Shown in pieces: positions 19,701 to 27,400 of a stretch of 64,000 nt of DNA. Position 1 is the stretch's first letter, and every line of letters starts with the position of its first letter. Made by a program: the position numbers and the translations under genes. The stretch is taken from positions 1-64,000 of IMG/VR virus record IMGVR_UViG_3300023176_006361; one strand, given 5' to 3'. Source of the stretch: a virus. A model generated the notes under the pieces. That model saw nothing but the letters and a program-made list of their open reading frames with translations. It had not been told where the DNA came from and made no database searches.

Positions 19701-20950
19701 ATTTGGCCACCAGCAGCATTATTCATATAATCAAGTGTATATGATGCATCAAATGCTTTATCTGGACCTTGGCCAGCGGCAGCACCGTTCCCACTAAATG
19801 TCCAATAAGAACTATCGCTCCATACTTTAGGAGTGTTATTTAGATTATCTGAGTAAATATCACTCGCAGGAGTTGGATCAGTTCTACTGTCTACAAGGTG
19901 AACTCCATCAACTTTGAATCCACCAAATCCAGTTGCAGAACCAGATCCATCAAGATATCCAACTTCGATTTGGGTAATAGTTCCTGTGAAAGGATAATCT
20001 GTCCACATATATCCAGAAGTATGTATTGGAATTACGTGAACATCTCCATTACTATCCGTAATTCTACAAGTAGAAGTGGATGCTCCACTATTAGCATAAA
20101 AACTGAAAGTTGCTTTTACTGGAATGCTTACTCCACTACATGCAATGACATATTGATCAGTAGAAGATTGATTTACATTGAATCGTTCATTATGTTCAAA
20201 TCCAGTAAACAAATCTGAAATACTTCCACTATTGATTTTGCTATGTGGGTCAGATCCAGTAGCACTATAGTTTGTTCCTGAGTTTACTGTAACTTGTTTT
20301 GCCTGTTTTGGTGACCAAATACCGTCAACATATTCTCCGAATACTGCTGGATATAATGCAGACCCAGAAACAAACTGAACATCTGCCATGAGTCCACCCA
20401 ATATAGATGTATCATGAGATCCTAATTGGTGTCTTGATTCAGTATTCCAATCAGTTTTATCACTCAAACTATAATGAGTAGCAGTAGAAAAATTGTTAGG
20501 TGGTATTCTTTCACCGTTTACATATATTCTAACTCTATCCCATTGTTCTGGAAAACTAGTATCTACAGAAACAACAAAATGATACCATCCAGCAGCATCA
20601 TTAAAAACTGCTGATGTGATGTATTGTGATACATACGCACCTTGATAATCTAGATATTCTAATTGTCCAGTAGGACCAATTTTCAATGCTGTTGTTGGAT
20701 GTGTTGGTCCATAGGTACTGAAGATACCATGGTCACCTCCTGAATTGAATTCAGATCTTTTTATCCAACCACTCCAAGTCCACTTTATTCTATCTCCTGG
20801 ACCTGGATCATAAACAAAGTGATTATCCTCCATTCTTATAGAATTTTCAATTAGATATGCATCAGCATCACCTCCAGATGCTGGAGAAAATCTAATACCC
20901 TTGATTGACAGGGGAGAAAACGACCCCGCGTTTGTTGCAAAAATTGACAT
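16739..20950 (-). CDS. Putative receptor-binding/fibre protein (1403 aa), LamG-like + SPRY domains
   Basis: WTWSGWIKR...GWYHFVVSVD..RVRIYVNG (LamG/ConA); SGKYYWEV...DVIGIALDAD...FYKNG.SQG...FNFG (SPRY); C-terminal PDFVWIK / FRPAVVIVK / YVYFAW repeats. Confidence 0.85.
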   Translation of the reverse strand: MSIFATNAGSFSPLSIKGIRFSPASGGDADAYLIENSIRMEDNHFVYDPGPGDRIKWTWSGWIKRSEFNSGGDHGIFSTYGPTHPTTALKIGPTGQLEYLDYQGAYVSQYITSAVFNDAAGWYHFVVSVDTSFPEQWDRVRIYVNGERIPPNNFSTATHYSLSDKTDWNTESRHQLGSHDTSILGGLMADVQFVSGSALYPAVFGEYVDGIWSPKQAKQVTVNSGTNYSATGSDPHSKINSGSISDLFTGFEHNERFNVNQSSTDQYVIACSGVSIPVKATFSFYANSGASTSTCRITDSNGDVHVIPIHTSGYMWTDYPFTGTITQIEVGYLDGSGSATGFGGFKVDGVHLVDSRTDPTPASDIYSDNLNNTPKVWSDSSYWTFSGNGAAAGQGPDKAFDASYTLDYMNNAAGGQIVTWDTSTLGLSGKLRLLVSGSAYKIYVNGTKVSDIYSDANPYWIDCGVHSSINEIQFAGTTYNTTDNLGLGGIYLHAVEVNGYTLHDGTSYVDENSSYRLDTANSNQSWNDSEASSSTSAAVGYDKIWWVDTGVASAPFTRIIVDVEMDGQSGDPTANFIAFHSGGTNTGSSICNSGCSTTVVPNFVGQFDSGKGFGQISFDVASNNLTGRYIGITNGNSGLGGTYKYSNFRVYNMKAHNNSYHLKLASADVTGNDMVLATDGFQIGKDSSGRENHVHSTGHKVGNGYYGGGVTSGNWRIPDFRYPEWGLFSGRATTGWCAAPGDNTESSYQFGTAISDVTKIETRMGYDGFQEAKAYYTGGDTGWVAISGSSPTWNQIYSGSAVTFTKMGWRSNNGGGASVVDIRITLSDGTRKTLIGYDAQYNDFTKDSPTSGDTTLDTGIGGEISGNYAVLLDQYNIKSTDDVYVISQGGLKFTISNSPNTVSCANTTVFSGKYYWEVIHDSAANTDYATAAMIGINPSKDTARDKGVSYHMDGDKKVLNSGAGTAYGDTFNKYDVIGIALDADNDSVVFYKNGTSQGAIDISSLRSAPEFHGYTPGIHQVNGGGDLSGHFNFGSKRFLYPAPTGYKSLNSANIDDKVGIDANDYVGTAYYDGNGVSGRSVHLDMQTEPDFVWIKCTNVDSTDQIIADSVRSWSHSYPNGNWAEGSGRVTGNGVGKVTVGTHDTVNADNHKYVAWGLSAGGSANTFNKDGVGYATASAAGLTGSTSTITGSSVSTTNGFSIIKYTVNGSSQVIAHGLSKPPEVSLVKRLDDAGDWYWRFNTNTINGYMLLNDDATNTSSFAANATTVSSGYLGNASEDWIAYNWHSVPGLFSIGTYPGSGDDNGTYVSCGFRPAVVIVKSYDTDFQEWVMWNDSRDSRNTIVNSIYCHTNAVETTSANNRYVDFLADGFKLRKGSSGATDFSGRTYVYFAWSKEAFGSNSRAR

Positions 20951-20957
20951 GATCTAT

Positions 20958-20965
20958 CCTCCTTA
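20958..20965 (-). promoter_or_regulatory. Strong Shine-Dalgarno (TAAGGAGG) for the 1403-aa gene
   Basis: Perfect anti-16S complement 7 nt before the ATG. Confidence 0.8.
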
Positions 20966-21961
20966 TCAAGCGAAGTTCTTGGAAGCAGCGCCAAGCACTT
21001 CCCAAGCAGAACTTCTTCTAATCAGTGTAAATGAAAATACGTCTACAGCATTTGCTGTTCCTGTTGGTGCAGCACCACCAGACCATTTGATCGTTGCACC
21101 AACGCCTCCGATTTGCAGAGTGCTAACGATATATGGAGTTCCTCCTTGGGAAACAATGAACGAAACGTTTTGAATTTGACCGTCTACTGCAGGTAAGTTT
21201 GTAACGTTCAGAGTCATGTCTCCAGTTGCACCACTCAGATATCCAATCATTCCGCTGTTAGAATTCAGAGTTCCTGCATTTGTTGTGAGCGTGACATCTA
21301 CAACACTTTCAATTACTCTATTCAGATTGACTGAAGAAGAGAATGTATTTGCTCCACTGAAAGTATTTGTTCCTGCAAGAGCAGCGTATCCTGCAAGATC
21401 TCCAAGAGCAACTTCTGTATAGTTTGTTCCGTCGTTAGTTGCTTCCCACTTAGCAGTAGAGTTGTTGTAACGGAGAGTTCTTTCTGAGGTTACTGTACCA
21501 GCACCATCTGTTGTCTGTACTACCGAAATACCACCAACACCTGCTACCACGTTTTGACCAGTTCTCATCCTGATGATGGAGTCAGCAACATCAAGATCGG
21601 TCGTGTTGATCGCGGTGGTCGTACCCGAGACTGTAAGGTTACCAGAAACAGTCAGGTTGCCAGTGATTGTCTGACCACCAGTTAGATCAAGAAGTTCTTT
21701 CCATGCACCAGCATGTGCATAGTATGCTCTACCAGCATTACCTGCGCCAGGACCAATGCCATGAACATGTGCGAACATGCCATGATACGTTGATGGGTCT
21801 GGTAGGTCTGCAGAATCATCATAGTGAAAACGAATCTTGTTTCTTTGACTCGTTAGTTCTAGTTGATCTGTTGCTGCAACAGCACCTGTAATACCGTAAG
21901 TCGCTGTGGGTGCTCCTGTTCCAGCAAGGTCAGTAATAGTGTTGACTCTAATGGTAGACAT
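20966..21961 (-). CDS. Tail fibre protein (331 aa)
   Basis: MSTIRVNTI N-terminus; YHGMFAHVH...YYAHAGAW module; ITGNLTVSGNLTVSG triple-beta repeats; C-terminal W.GG.APT.TANAVDVFSF domain. Confidence 0.8.
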   Translation of the reverse strand: MSTIRVNTITDLAGTGAPTATYGITGAVAATDQLELTSQRNKIRFHYDDSADLPDPSTYHGMFAHVHGIGPGAGNAGRAYYAHAGAWKELLDLTGGQTITGNLTVSGNLTVSGTTTAINTTDLDVADSIIRMRTGQNVVAGVGGISVVQTTDGAGTVTSERTLRYNNSTAKWEATNDGTNYTEVALGDLAGYAALAGTNTFSGANTFSSSVNLNRVIESVVDVTLTTNAGTLNSNSGMIGYLSGATGDMTLNVTNLPAVDGQIQNVSFIVSQGGTPYIVSTLQIGGVGATIKWSGGAAPTGTANAVDVFSFTLIRRSSAWEVLGAASKNFA

Positions 21962-21983
21962 TTTATACTAAGTACCTTTTTTC

Positions 21984-21991
21984 TATTTAGT
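21984..21991 (-). promoter_or_regulatory. Possible late promoter variant (ACTAAATA)
   Basis: TAAATA core 23 nt upstream of the ATG at 21961. Confidence 0.5.
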
Positions 21992-22259
21992 TACCGTAGA
22001 CTGTTCGTGGGAAAATTTGACCGTATCTGGTGACTGTGCTCCTTCCACGGGCAAGTGATGATGCACCTTCACCAGATTGAATTCCAGAAGTATTAATGTT
22101 TTCTGGAACAAATGCAGATCTCAACTTTACAATTGAGCCGAGTTCTAGTGCAGTATCCCAGGTGACATCAACAATTTGAGTTCCAAAAGTTTGATTTGAA
22201 ATAGAAGCATCAGTTGCTGTCTGTAATGAAATATCTGATTTCAGTGAAATGTTTGCCAT
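21987..22259 (-). CDS. Small hypothetical protein (90 aa), paralog of the adjacent 110-aa gene
   Basis: MANISLKSDISLQTATDA... and C-terminal G.I.PR; TAATG overlap. Confidence 0.75.
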   Translation of the reverse strand: MANISLKSDISLQTATDASISNQTFGTQIVDVTWDTALELGSIVKLRSAFVPENINTSGIQSGEGASSLARGRSTVTRYGQIFPRTVYGN

Positions 22260-22591
22260 TAGTAGATGCTCCTGTAGAAACTTCTTCTATAAGGAATATA
22301 TGTTCCTCTTGGATATAAAATACCAGTTGGTCTTCTGATGCCACGTCTAGAAACTTTTCTAGAAATTGAAGAGGTATCCTCAAAGTTTTCGTCTCTATTA
22401 TTCATCCTCTCTTGAATTACTTCCCAAGAGAAGTTTGTATTTGAATAACTATATGCAGCAGCTCGTTGTGTTGCTGTAGAATTTCCACTTGTCAGTGTTG
22501 GAATAGTAGAAACTCCCAGAGATGCGTTACCAGGGGTAGCATCTCCAGAAGTTTGAAGTGAGAGATCTGATTTGAGAGTAACAGCAGCCAT
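22259..22591 (-). CDS. Small hypothetical protein (110 aa)
   Basis: MAAVTLKSDLSLQTSGDA...; Arg-rich GILYPR tail; TGATG overlap. Confidence 0.75.
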   Translation of the reverse strand: MAAVTLKSDLSLQTSGDATPGNASLGVSTIPTLTSGNSTATQRAAAYSYSNTNFSWEVIQERMNNRDENFEDTSSISRKVSRRGIRRPTGILYPRGTYIPYRRSFYRSIY

Positions 22592-24432
22592 CAGGTTGTT
22601 CTTGCAGCAAATACTACGTATCTTGATACCAAGTCAGTGTCTATTCCAAAGAATGGTTGGTTTGTTCTTCCAGCAGGAACAATTACTGTATAAACTTCAG
22701 ATCCACTAACTGTAATTGTATCTCCTGGATAGATTACAGTTTCTCCAGGTTCTGCGACCAACTGAATAACAACAAAATCATCTGGAAGATAATATGGACA
22801 TGGCATCATTGCAGAACAAACTGGCAAACCTTTCAGTGGTTTGTGAGAATCTGCAGCAGCACTAACAGTGAAAGTTCCACCAGCAGCACCTGAAATTGTC
22901 ATAGTATCATAGTTTGAATTTCTATAATACTGTTGAATTACGTTGTTCAAAATTCCAGCTTGATTTGCATATCCATCATTCCATTTGTGACCATCAATAT
23001 TGATTCTATATTGATCAACAATTCTATCTGAAGTGTGATAATGAGTTCTATCAATAGAATGCCTTTGATATCCAAACAGACATTCTCTTGCTCTACATGC
23101 AGAGTGAAGTTTACCTACAGATGGAGCATAAGTTTGATCTCCTACACCAAAATGTGGTTTGGATGCAGAATATGAATCATATGGTTCTTGGCAATCATTT
23201 GTTACCATCAAGAACCCTTCATTTACATTGTTCCAATAACCAAATTCTCTATCAGCTTGGGTTCCATATAACGTAACACTACCTTGGAACACATGGTCAA
23301 GATCCCAAATATTTTGCCCCCAAAGAGTCCCTTTGTTCAAAGAGAACGTTGCAAATCTTTCAATATTTCCATTAATGACTTGCTGGAATTGAAATACAGT
23401 ATAATTAGTATCTTGTGAAACAGGTGCTCTATATGTAACAATTTTTAGTGGGTAATCAGTTGGGTCAACTTCTCTAGCAAACCTGAGTTTTAGACCCATA
23501 CCATCAGAGTCTGAATCATTTCCTCCAACATAAGTTGGGAAAGATGCTGCTCTTTCAGCACTATAGTGCTGATAGACTGCCTGACCATTCGTGTCATATG
23601 TCAAATGGTTACCAAAGTTATCCATTCCTGGGTCACCAAAAAATCCACCTTGAAGACCATATCCATCCCAACCAATGTATGGAGAGTACAACTCATTGAG
23701 GTTGAAGTTTGGACCCGACTTCATTGTAATAAAAGATCCAGATGAGTGTGGGGCAGTTACTGCGAAAGAATAGTATGTAATTCCCCTTGCTTTATTTGCA
23801 TCATTTGTAACTCTACAAACTCCTGCGTATGGTTGCCCCCAGTTAACAAATGCTGAATTATGACTCAATGCAAGATCTTTGTCTGACCACCACCAGTTTG
23901 TTGCACCACCTTGAGTTGCATGAACTTTGATTGCTGGAACTGTTGCACTTCTAGTGCCAAAAGTGATGTCAGTAGCAGTTGAACCACCAATATCAGCAGC
24001 TGATAAGGTAATTGCAGCATCATTCGCATATCCTGATCCACCATTTCTGATATAGACAAGAATTACCTTTCCTTCAATACCAGAACTATGATCTGAACCA
24101 TAACGCCTTACGGTAACAGTAGCAGCAGTTCCACCACCAGGAGCAGTTAGTTGAACATCCCACTCCGCGTAATAAGTTCCATCCGAAACACCATCGGCAC
24201 TCAGATTTCTAGTTGGAGTATTTGCATTTGAGATTGGATAAATCTGTCCACCAACTTCACTCCAACCATCAGTGGGTGCGAGAAGTTTTCTCATTACTCC
24301 TGTAGTTGCAGTACCACTGTGATGACCAGCACCACCAGTACCCAAAGCAAGTTCTAGAGCATCAAGAACTTGCTCACTTGTCCATCCAGTATTGCCTGAA
24401 TTTACTAAAAATTCTGTTCTTGTTACTGCCAT
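22591..24432 (-). CDS. Putative fibre tip/virion protein (613 aa)
   Basis: Beta-rich; I.NGGSGY motif; C-terminal PCPYYLPDDFV...PGDTITVSGSEVYTVI. Confidence 0.8.
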   Translation of the reverse strand: MAVTRTEFLVNSGNTGWTSEQVLDALELALGTGGAGHHSGTATTGVMRKLLAPTDGWSEVGGQIYPISNANTPTRNLSADGVSDGTYYAEWDVQLTAPGGGTAATVTVRRYGSDHSSGIEGKVILVYIRNGGSGYANDAAITLSAADIGGSTATDITFGTRSATVPAIKVHATQGGATNWWWSDKDLALSHNSAFVNWGQPYAGVCRVTNDANKARGITYYSFAVTAPHSSGSFITMKSGPNFNLNELYSPYIGWDGYGLQGGFFGDPGMDNFGNHLTYDTNGQAVYQHYSAERAASFPTYVGGNDSDSDGMGLKLRFAREVDPTDYPLKIVTYRAPVSQDTNYTVFQFQQVINGNIERFATFSLNKGTLWGQNIWDLDHVFQGSVTLYGTQADREFGYWNNVNEGFLMVTNDCQEPYDSYSASKPHFGVGDQTYAPSVGKLHSACRARECLFGYQRHSIDRTHYHTSDRIVDQYRINIDGHKWNDGYANQAGILNNVIQQYYRNSNYDTMTISGAAGGTFTVSAAADSHKPLKGLPVCSAMMPCPYYLPDDFVVIQLVAEPGETVIYPGDTITVSGSEVYTVIVPAGRTNQPFFGIDTDLVSRYVVFAARTT

Positions 24433-24433
24433 T

Positions 24434-26746
24434 TTATGCCTCTAATTGTACTACTTTGAGAGTTACGGTAATTTGTTGTTGGGAACCACTACGATTCGTT
24501 ACTGACGCATAAATGCTAGTATTGGGTGTGGCTTCATAGTTGAATCCAATAGTTCCAGGAGTAATTTGTTGAGTGCCATCGACTCTAACTTCTGCAATAA
24601 CACCAGATCCTGGTGATGGGTCAGTACCTTCCCCTCTATTTAGATCATTTGCTCTAGAAGCTGCAGTCGTATATAGTCTTACCCAAGCATCTGCTGATGT
24701 TGTAATTGCCAAAAGAACATAAGACTTGAAACCTGTAAGGTTTACATTGGAATCAGTGGTGTCAGTTGCGATATTCTGGGTCTGTGCTGCAACATCAGTT
24801 CTTGCTTGCAGAGAACCTGTTCCTCCACCACCACCACCAATAACCTCTGCTGGTGCCCATTGAGAACCATTCCACTGAAGATAATGTCCAGCAGTGATTG
24901 TTTGACCACCACCAGTTGTTCCTGCAGCAGATGAAACGTTAGCAAGATCACCAAGATTCTGAGGAACTGTTGGTTTGTTTAGAATCTGTGCAACACCAGA
25001 AGTCGCATCCCAATCACTATTGACTTGAGTTGCTGCAAGGTTGGGAAGGTTCTGGAGATTGTTGTAATCACCATACTCTGAAGGGATGGGGATATTATGG
25101 TAGGTCGTACCATCGTTGGTAAATTCCCACCTATCACTTGTCTCATTCCATCTGACTCTAGTGTCGTTAGAAGCAGAACGTTCAACAACAACTGAAGCAT
25201 TTGCAGTTGGTGCAACAGGAATCGTCAGTTCAATAGCAGTCTGTGAACCAGAACCACCAAAGTTTGTGTTGAGAGTAATCTGAGTACCACTATCAATACT
25301 TGCAACAGTTGCTGCTCCAAGTGTCAGTGTTCCTGCATTACCAGTAATCGTTACCGATGCACCTTGCGTTATTCCTGAAGTTGATGCAAGGTTAGTGACA
25401 ACTGCAGAGTTTGCAGAGGCATCACCAGTGAATACGCCAAGATTGTCATTCAGAACAACTTCATTGTTAGTGACATTCAGAGTCGCAACATTATTAGTTG
25501 TTGTGGTTCCAGTAACATTCAGGTTACCAGAAACTGTAACATCAGTGAACGTTGGTGATGAATTTGCAGTAACAAGATCAGTTGGTTTGTTTTTGATGTA
25601 TGCAACACTTGTTGTCGATGTTTGAGTCCAGTCTGCTTGAACTTGAGCAAATGGTTGACCACCAAGATCGTTATAGTTCAGTTGGGAGTTTACCCAATTA
25701 GATCCGTTATATCTAAGAACCTGTGCAGTAGCAGGAGTGTTTACAACAACATCAGACAGACCATCCAGATCGGATGCTCCACCAGTGCCACCACCAACAA
25801 TACCGCCAACAGCACCACCACTCAGGTTAGAGAAAACACCAACCTTGAGTTCTTTACCAGATGCAATGTTGAACGCTTGTCCAGATCCTACGTTGATGTT
25901 ATCGCAGAAGGTATAAGCATAATCTGTAGATGGATTTACAGTAACTGAAGAAGTTGTATTCAGATCAGGAGCAAATCTAATCTCTGGTGTATTTGCATCA
26001 AGAGGAATATCGCCAACATTGAGTGATGCACCACCAGTTGCAACAGAACTCCAACCAGAACCATTATGAGTTCTGAGTTCATTCAGAGCATCATCATAAT
26101 AGATATCTCCTTCACCAAGACCTGCTGCGTTTGCTGCAATCTCGTCAGCATATCTGACATATAATTTTTTTGAAGTTACCGAATCATCAGCAATCTTTGC
26201 TGTGGTAATATTTGCATCTTTGATGTGATCAGTGGTGATTGCTCTCAGAGCATCAGAAGTTGTGCTATTACCAATCTTAGATGAAACGACCGCACCATCT
26301 CTGATGTGATTGTTGGTAACTGCTCTAAGGCTATCTGATGTACCACTAGAAGATAATTTAGCACTTGTAACAGAACTGTTCTGAAGTGCTGCAGTATCTA
26401 CTTTATTGGCAAGATCTGCTGTCTCTAAGTTGATATTACCTGTTCTTCCTTCAAAAGTTTGAACGCCTGAAGGTGCAACTGATACAATATCAACACTTTT
26501 CTGAAGATAGCGAACAAGAATCGCATCTCCCTGAGCGGGTGTTGATGTAAAAGTAATTTCGTTTTTTAGTGTGCCACCAATTTCATATTCTTCAGTGTTC
26601 TTCAGAACACCATTGATGAACACAAGCAATTCCGTATCCTCGTTTACGGATTTTGAAAGTGTTTCTGTGGCGTTACCAGAAGCAGTGATCGACTGTTCAG
26701 CAAGATCAACTGTACTATTTTCTACTCCGTAACCGATATATGGCAT
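24434..26746 (-). CDS. Tail fibre protein (770 aa)
   Basis: MPYIG N-terminus; VFINGVL...EY domain; 10-aa SVT..KL repeats; L.DL.DV....P...QVL.YNG..W repeats; QADW/NSDW...ILNKP motifs. Confidence 0.85.
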   Translation of the reverse strand: MPYIGYGVENSTVDLAEQSITASGNATETLSKSVNEDTELLVFINGVLKNTEEYEIGGTLKNEITFTSTPAQGDAILVRYLQKSVDIVSVAPSGVQTFEGRTGNINLETADLANKVDTAALQNSSVTSAKLSSSGTSDSLRAVTNNHIRDGAVVSSKIGNSTTSDALRAITTDHIKDANITTAKIADDSVTSKKLYVRYADEIAANAAGLGEGDIYYDDALNELRTHNGSGWSSVATGGASLNVGDIPLDANTPEIRFAPDLNTTSSVTVNPSTDYAYTFCDNINVGSGQAFNIASGKELKVGVFSNLSGGAVGGIVGGGTGGASDLDGLSDVVVNTPATAQVLRYNGSNWVNSQLNYNDLGGQPFAQVQADWTQTSTTSVAYIKNKPTDLVTANSSPTFTDVTVSGNLNVTGTTTTNNVATLNVTNNEVVLNDNLGVFTGDASANSAVVTNLASTSGITQGASVTITGNAGTLTLGAATVASIDSGTQITLNTNFGGSGSQTAIELTIPVAPTANASVVVERSASNDTRVRWNETSDRWEFTNDGTTYHNIPIPSEYGDYNNLQNLPNLAATQVNSDWDATSGVAQILNKPTVPQNLGDLANVSSAAGTTGGGQTITAGHYLQWNGSQWAPAEVIGGGGGGTGSLQARTDVAAQTQNIATDTTDSNVNLTGFKSYVLLAITTSADAWVRLYTTAASRANDLNRGEGTDPSPGSGVIAEVRVDGTQQITPGTIGFNYEATPNTSIYASVTNRSGSQQQITVTLKVVQLEA

Positions 26747-26747
26747 T

Positions 26748-27143
26748 TTATGCGATCTCCATGTAACTTACAATGACATCCAGTGATGCTGCAGCACTTG
26801 ACTGTGCTTGTAATTTATCGCCTGCGCCACTAGCGACATTATATGCCATTACGATTTTATTACCAGCCATGATCTCAATAGAAGATCCTGCAGGAATTGG
26901 GATATTTCTACATAACCAAATATCTTCTGTCGCAACTGGATTTTGTCCTGCTACAGTCAAACTAACTGCAGGACGATCGATCTTGACGGAAGCATTGACG
27001 GCACTGGTTGTAACATTACACAAGGTAATACCAACAACAACAGTTTGCTTATCAGTCTGTCCAGTTCCTAATTCTTGGGTATAAACATCAGTAAGACCAA
27101 GACCTACTGCTGCTTTAGATGCTGATCTAAATTTACTTGCCAT
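26748..27143 (-). CDS. Small virion adaptor-like protein (131 aa)
   Basis: MASKFRS... all-beta, ends LDVIVSYMEIA; lies between the 82-aa gene and the MPYIG fibre. Confidence 0.75.
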   Translation of the reverse strand: MASKFRSASKAAVGLGLTDVYTQELGTGQTDKQTVVVGITLCNVTTSAVNASVKIDRPAVSLTVAGQNPVATEDIWLCRNIPIPAGSSIEIMAGNKIVMAYNVASGAGDKLQAQSSAAASLDVIVSYMEIA

Positions 27144-27150
27144 TTTTTTA

Positions 27151-27399
27151 TTATCCTAATGCAATTGTGAGTGCGATTACTTCGTCTTCTGAAACACCAG
27201 CAGTAAAGGAATTCACAGCGTCGGTCAAATTAGTGAAGTTGCCTTGAAGTTGACCAATGTCGCCAACGTTCTCAGAGATCTGGTTGATCTTTCTTCTTTG
27301 ACCTTCAAAAGTATCAGTAGTAAGAACTACTGGTTTTGTAGAAGTATGTGGTGAAGTGGGAGTAGAAAATATTGCTACTCCCCAAGATGATTGTGCCAT
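27151..27399 (-). CDS. 82-aa fibre anchor/adaptor protein
   Basis: N-terminal SSWGVAIFST strand, TDTFEGQRRKIN motif, coiled segment, C-terminal IALTIALG. Confidence 0.75.
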   Translation of the reverse strand: MAQSSWGVAIFSTPTSPHTSTKPVVLTTDTFEGQRRKINQISENVGDIGQLQGNFTNLTDAVNSFTAGVSEDEVIALTIALG

Positions 27400-27400
27400 T

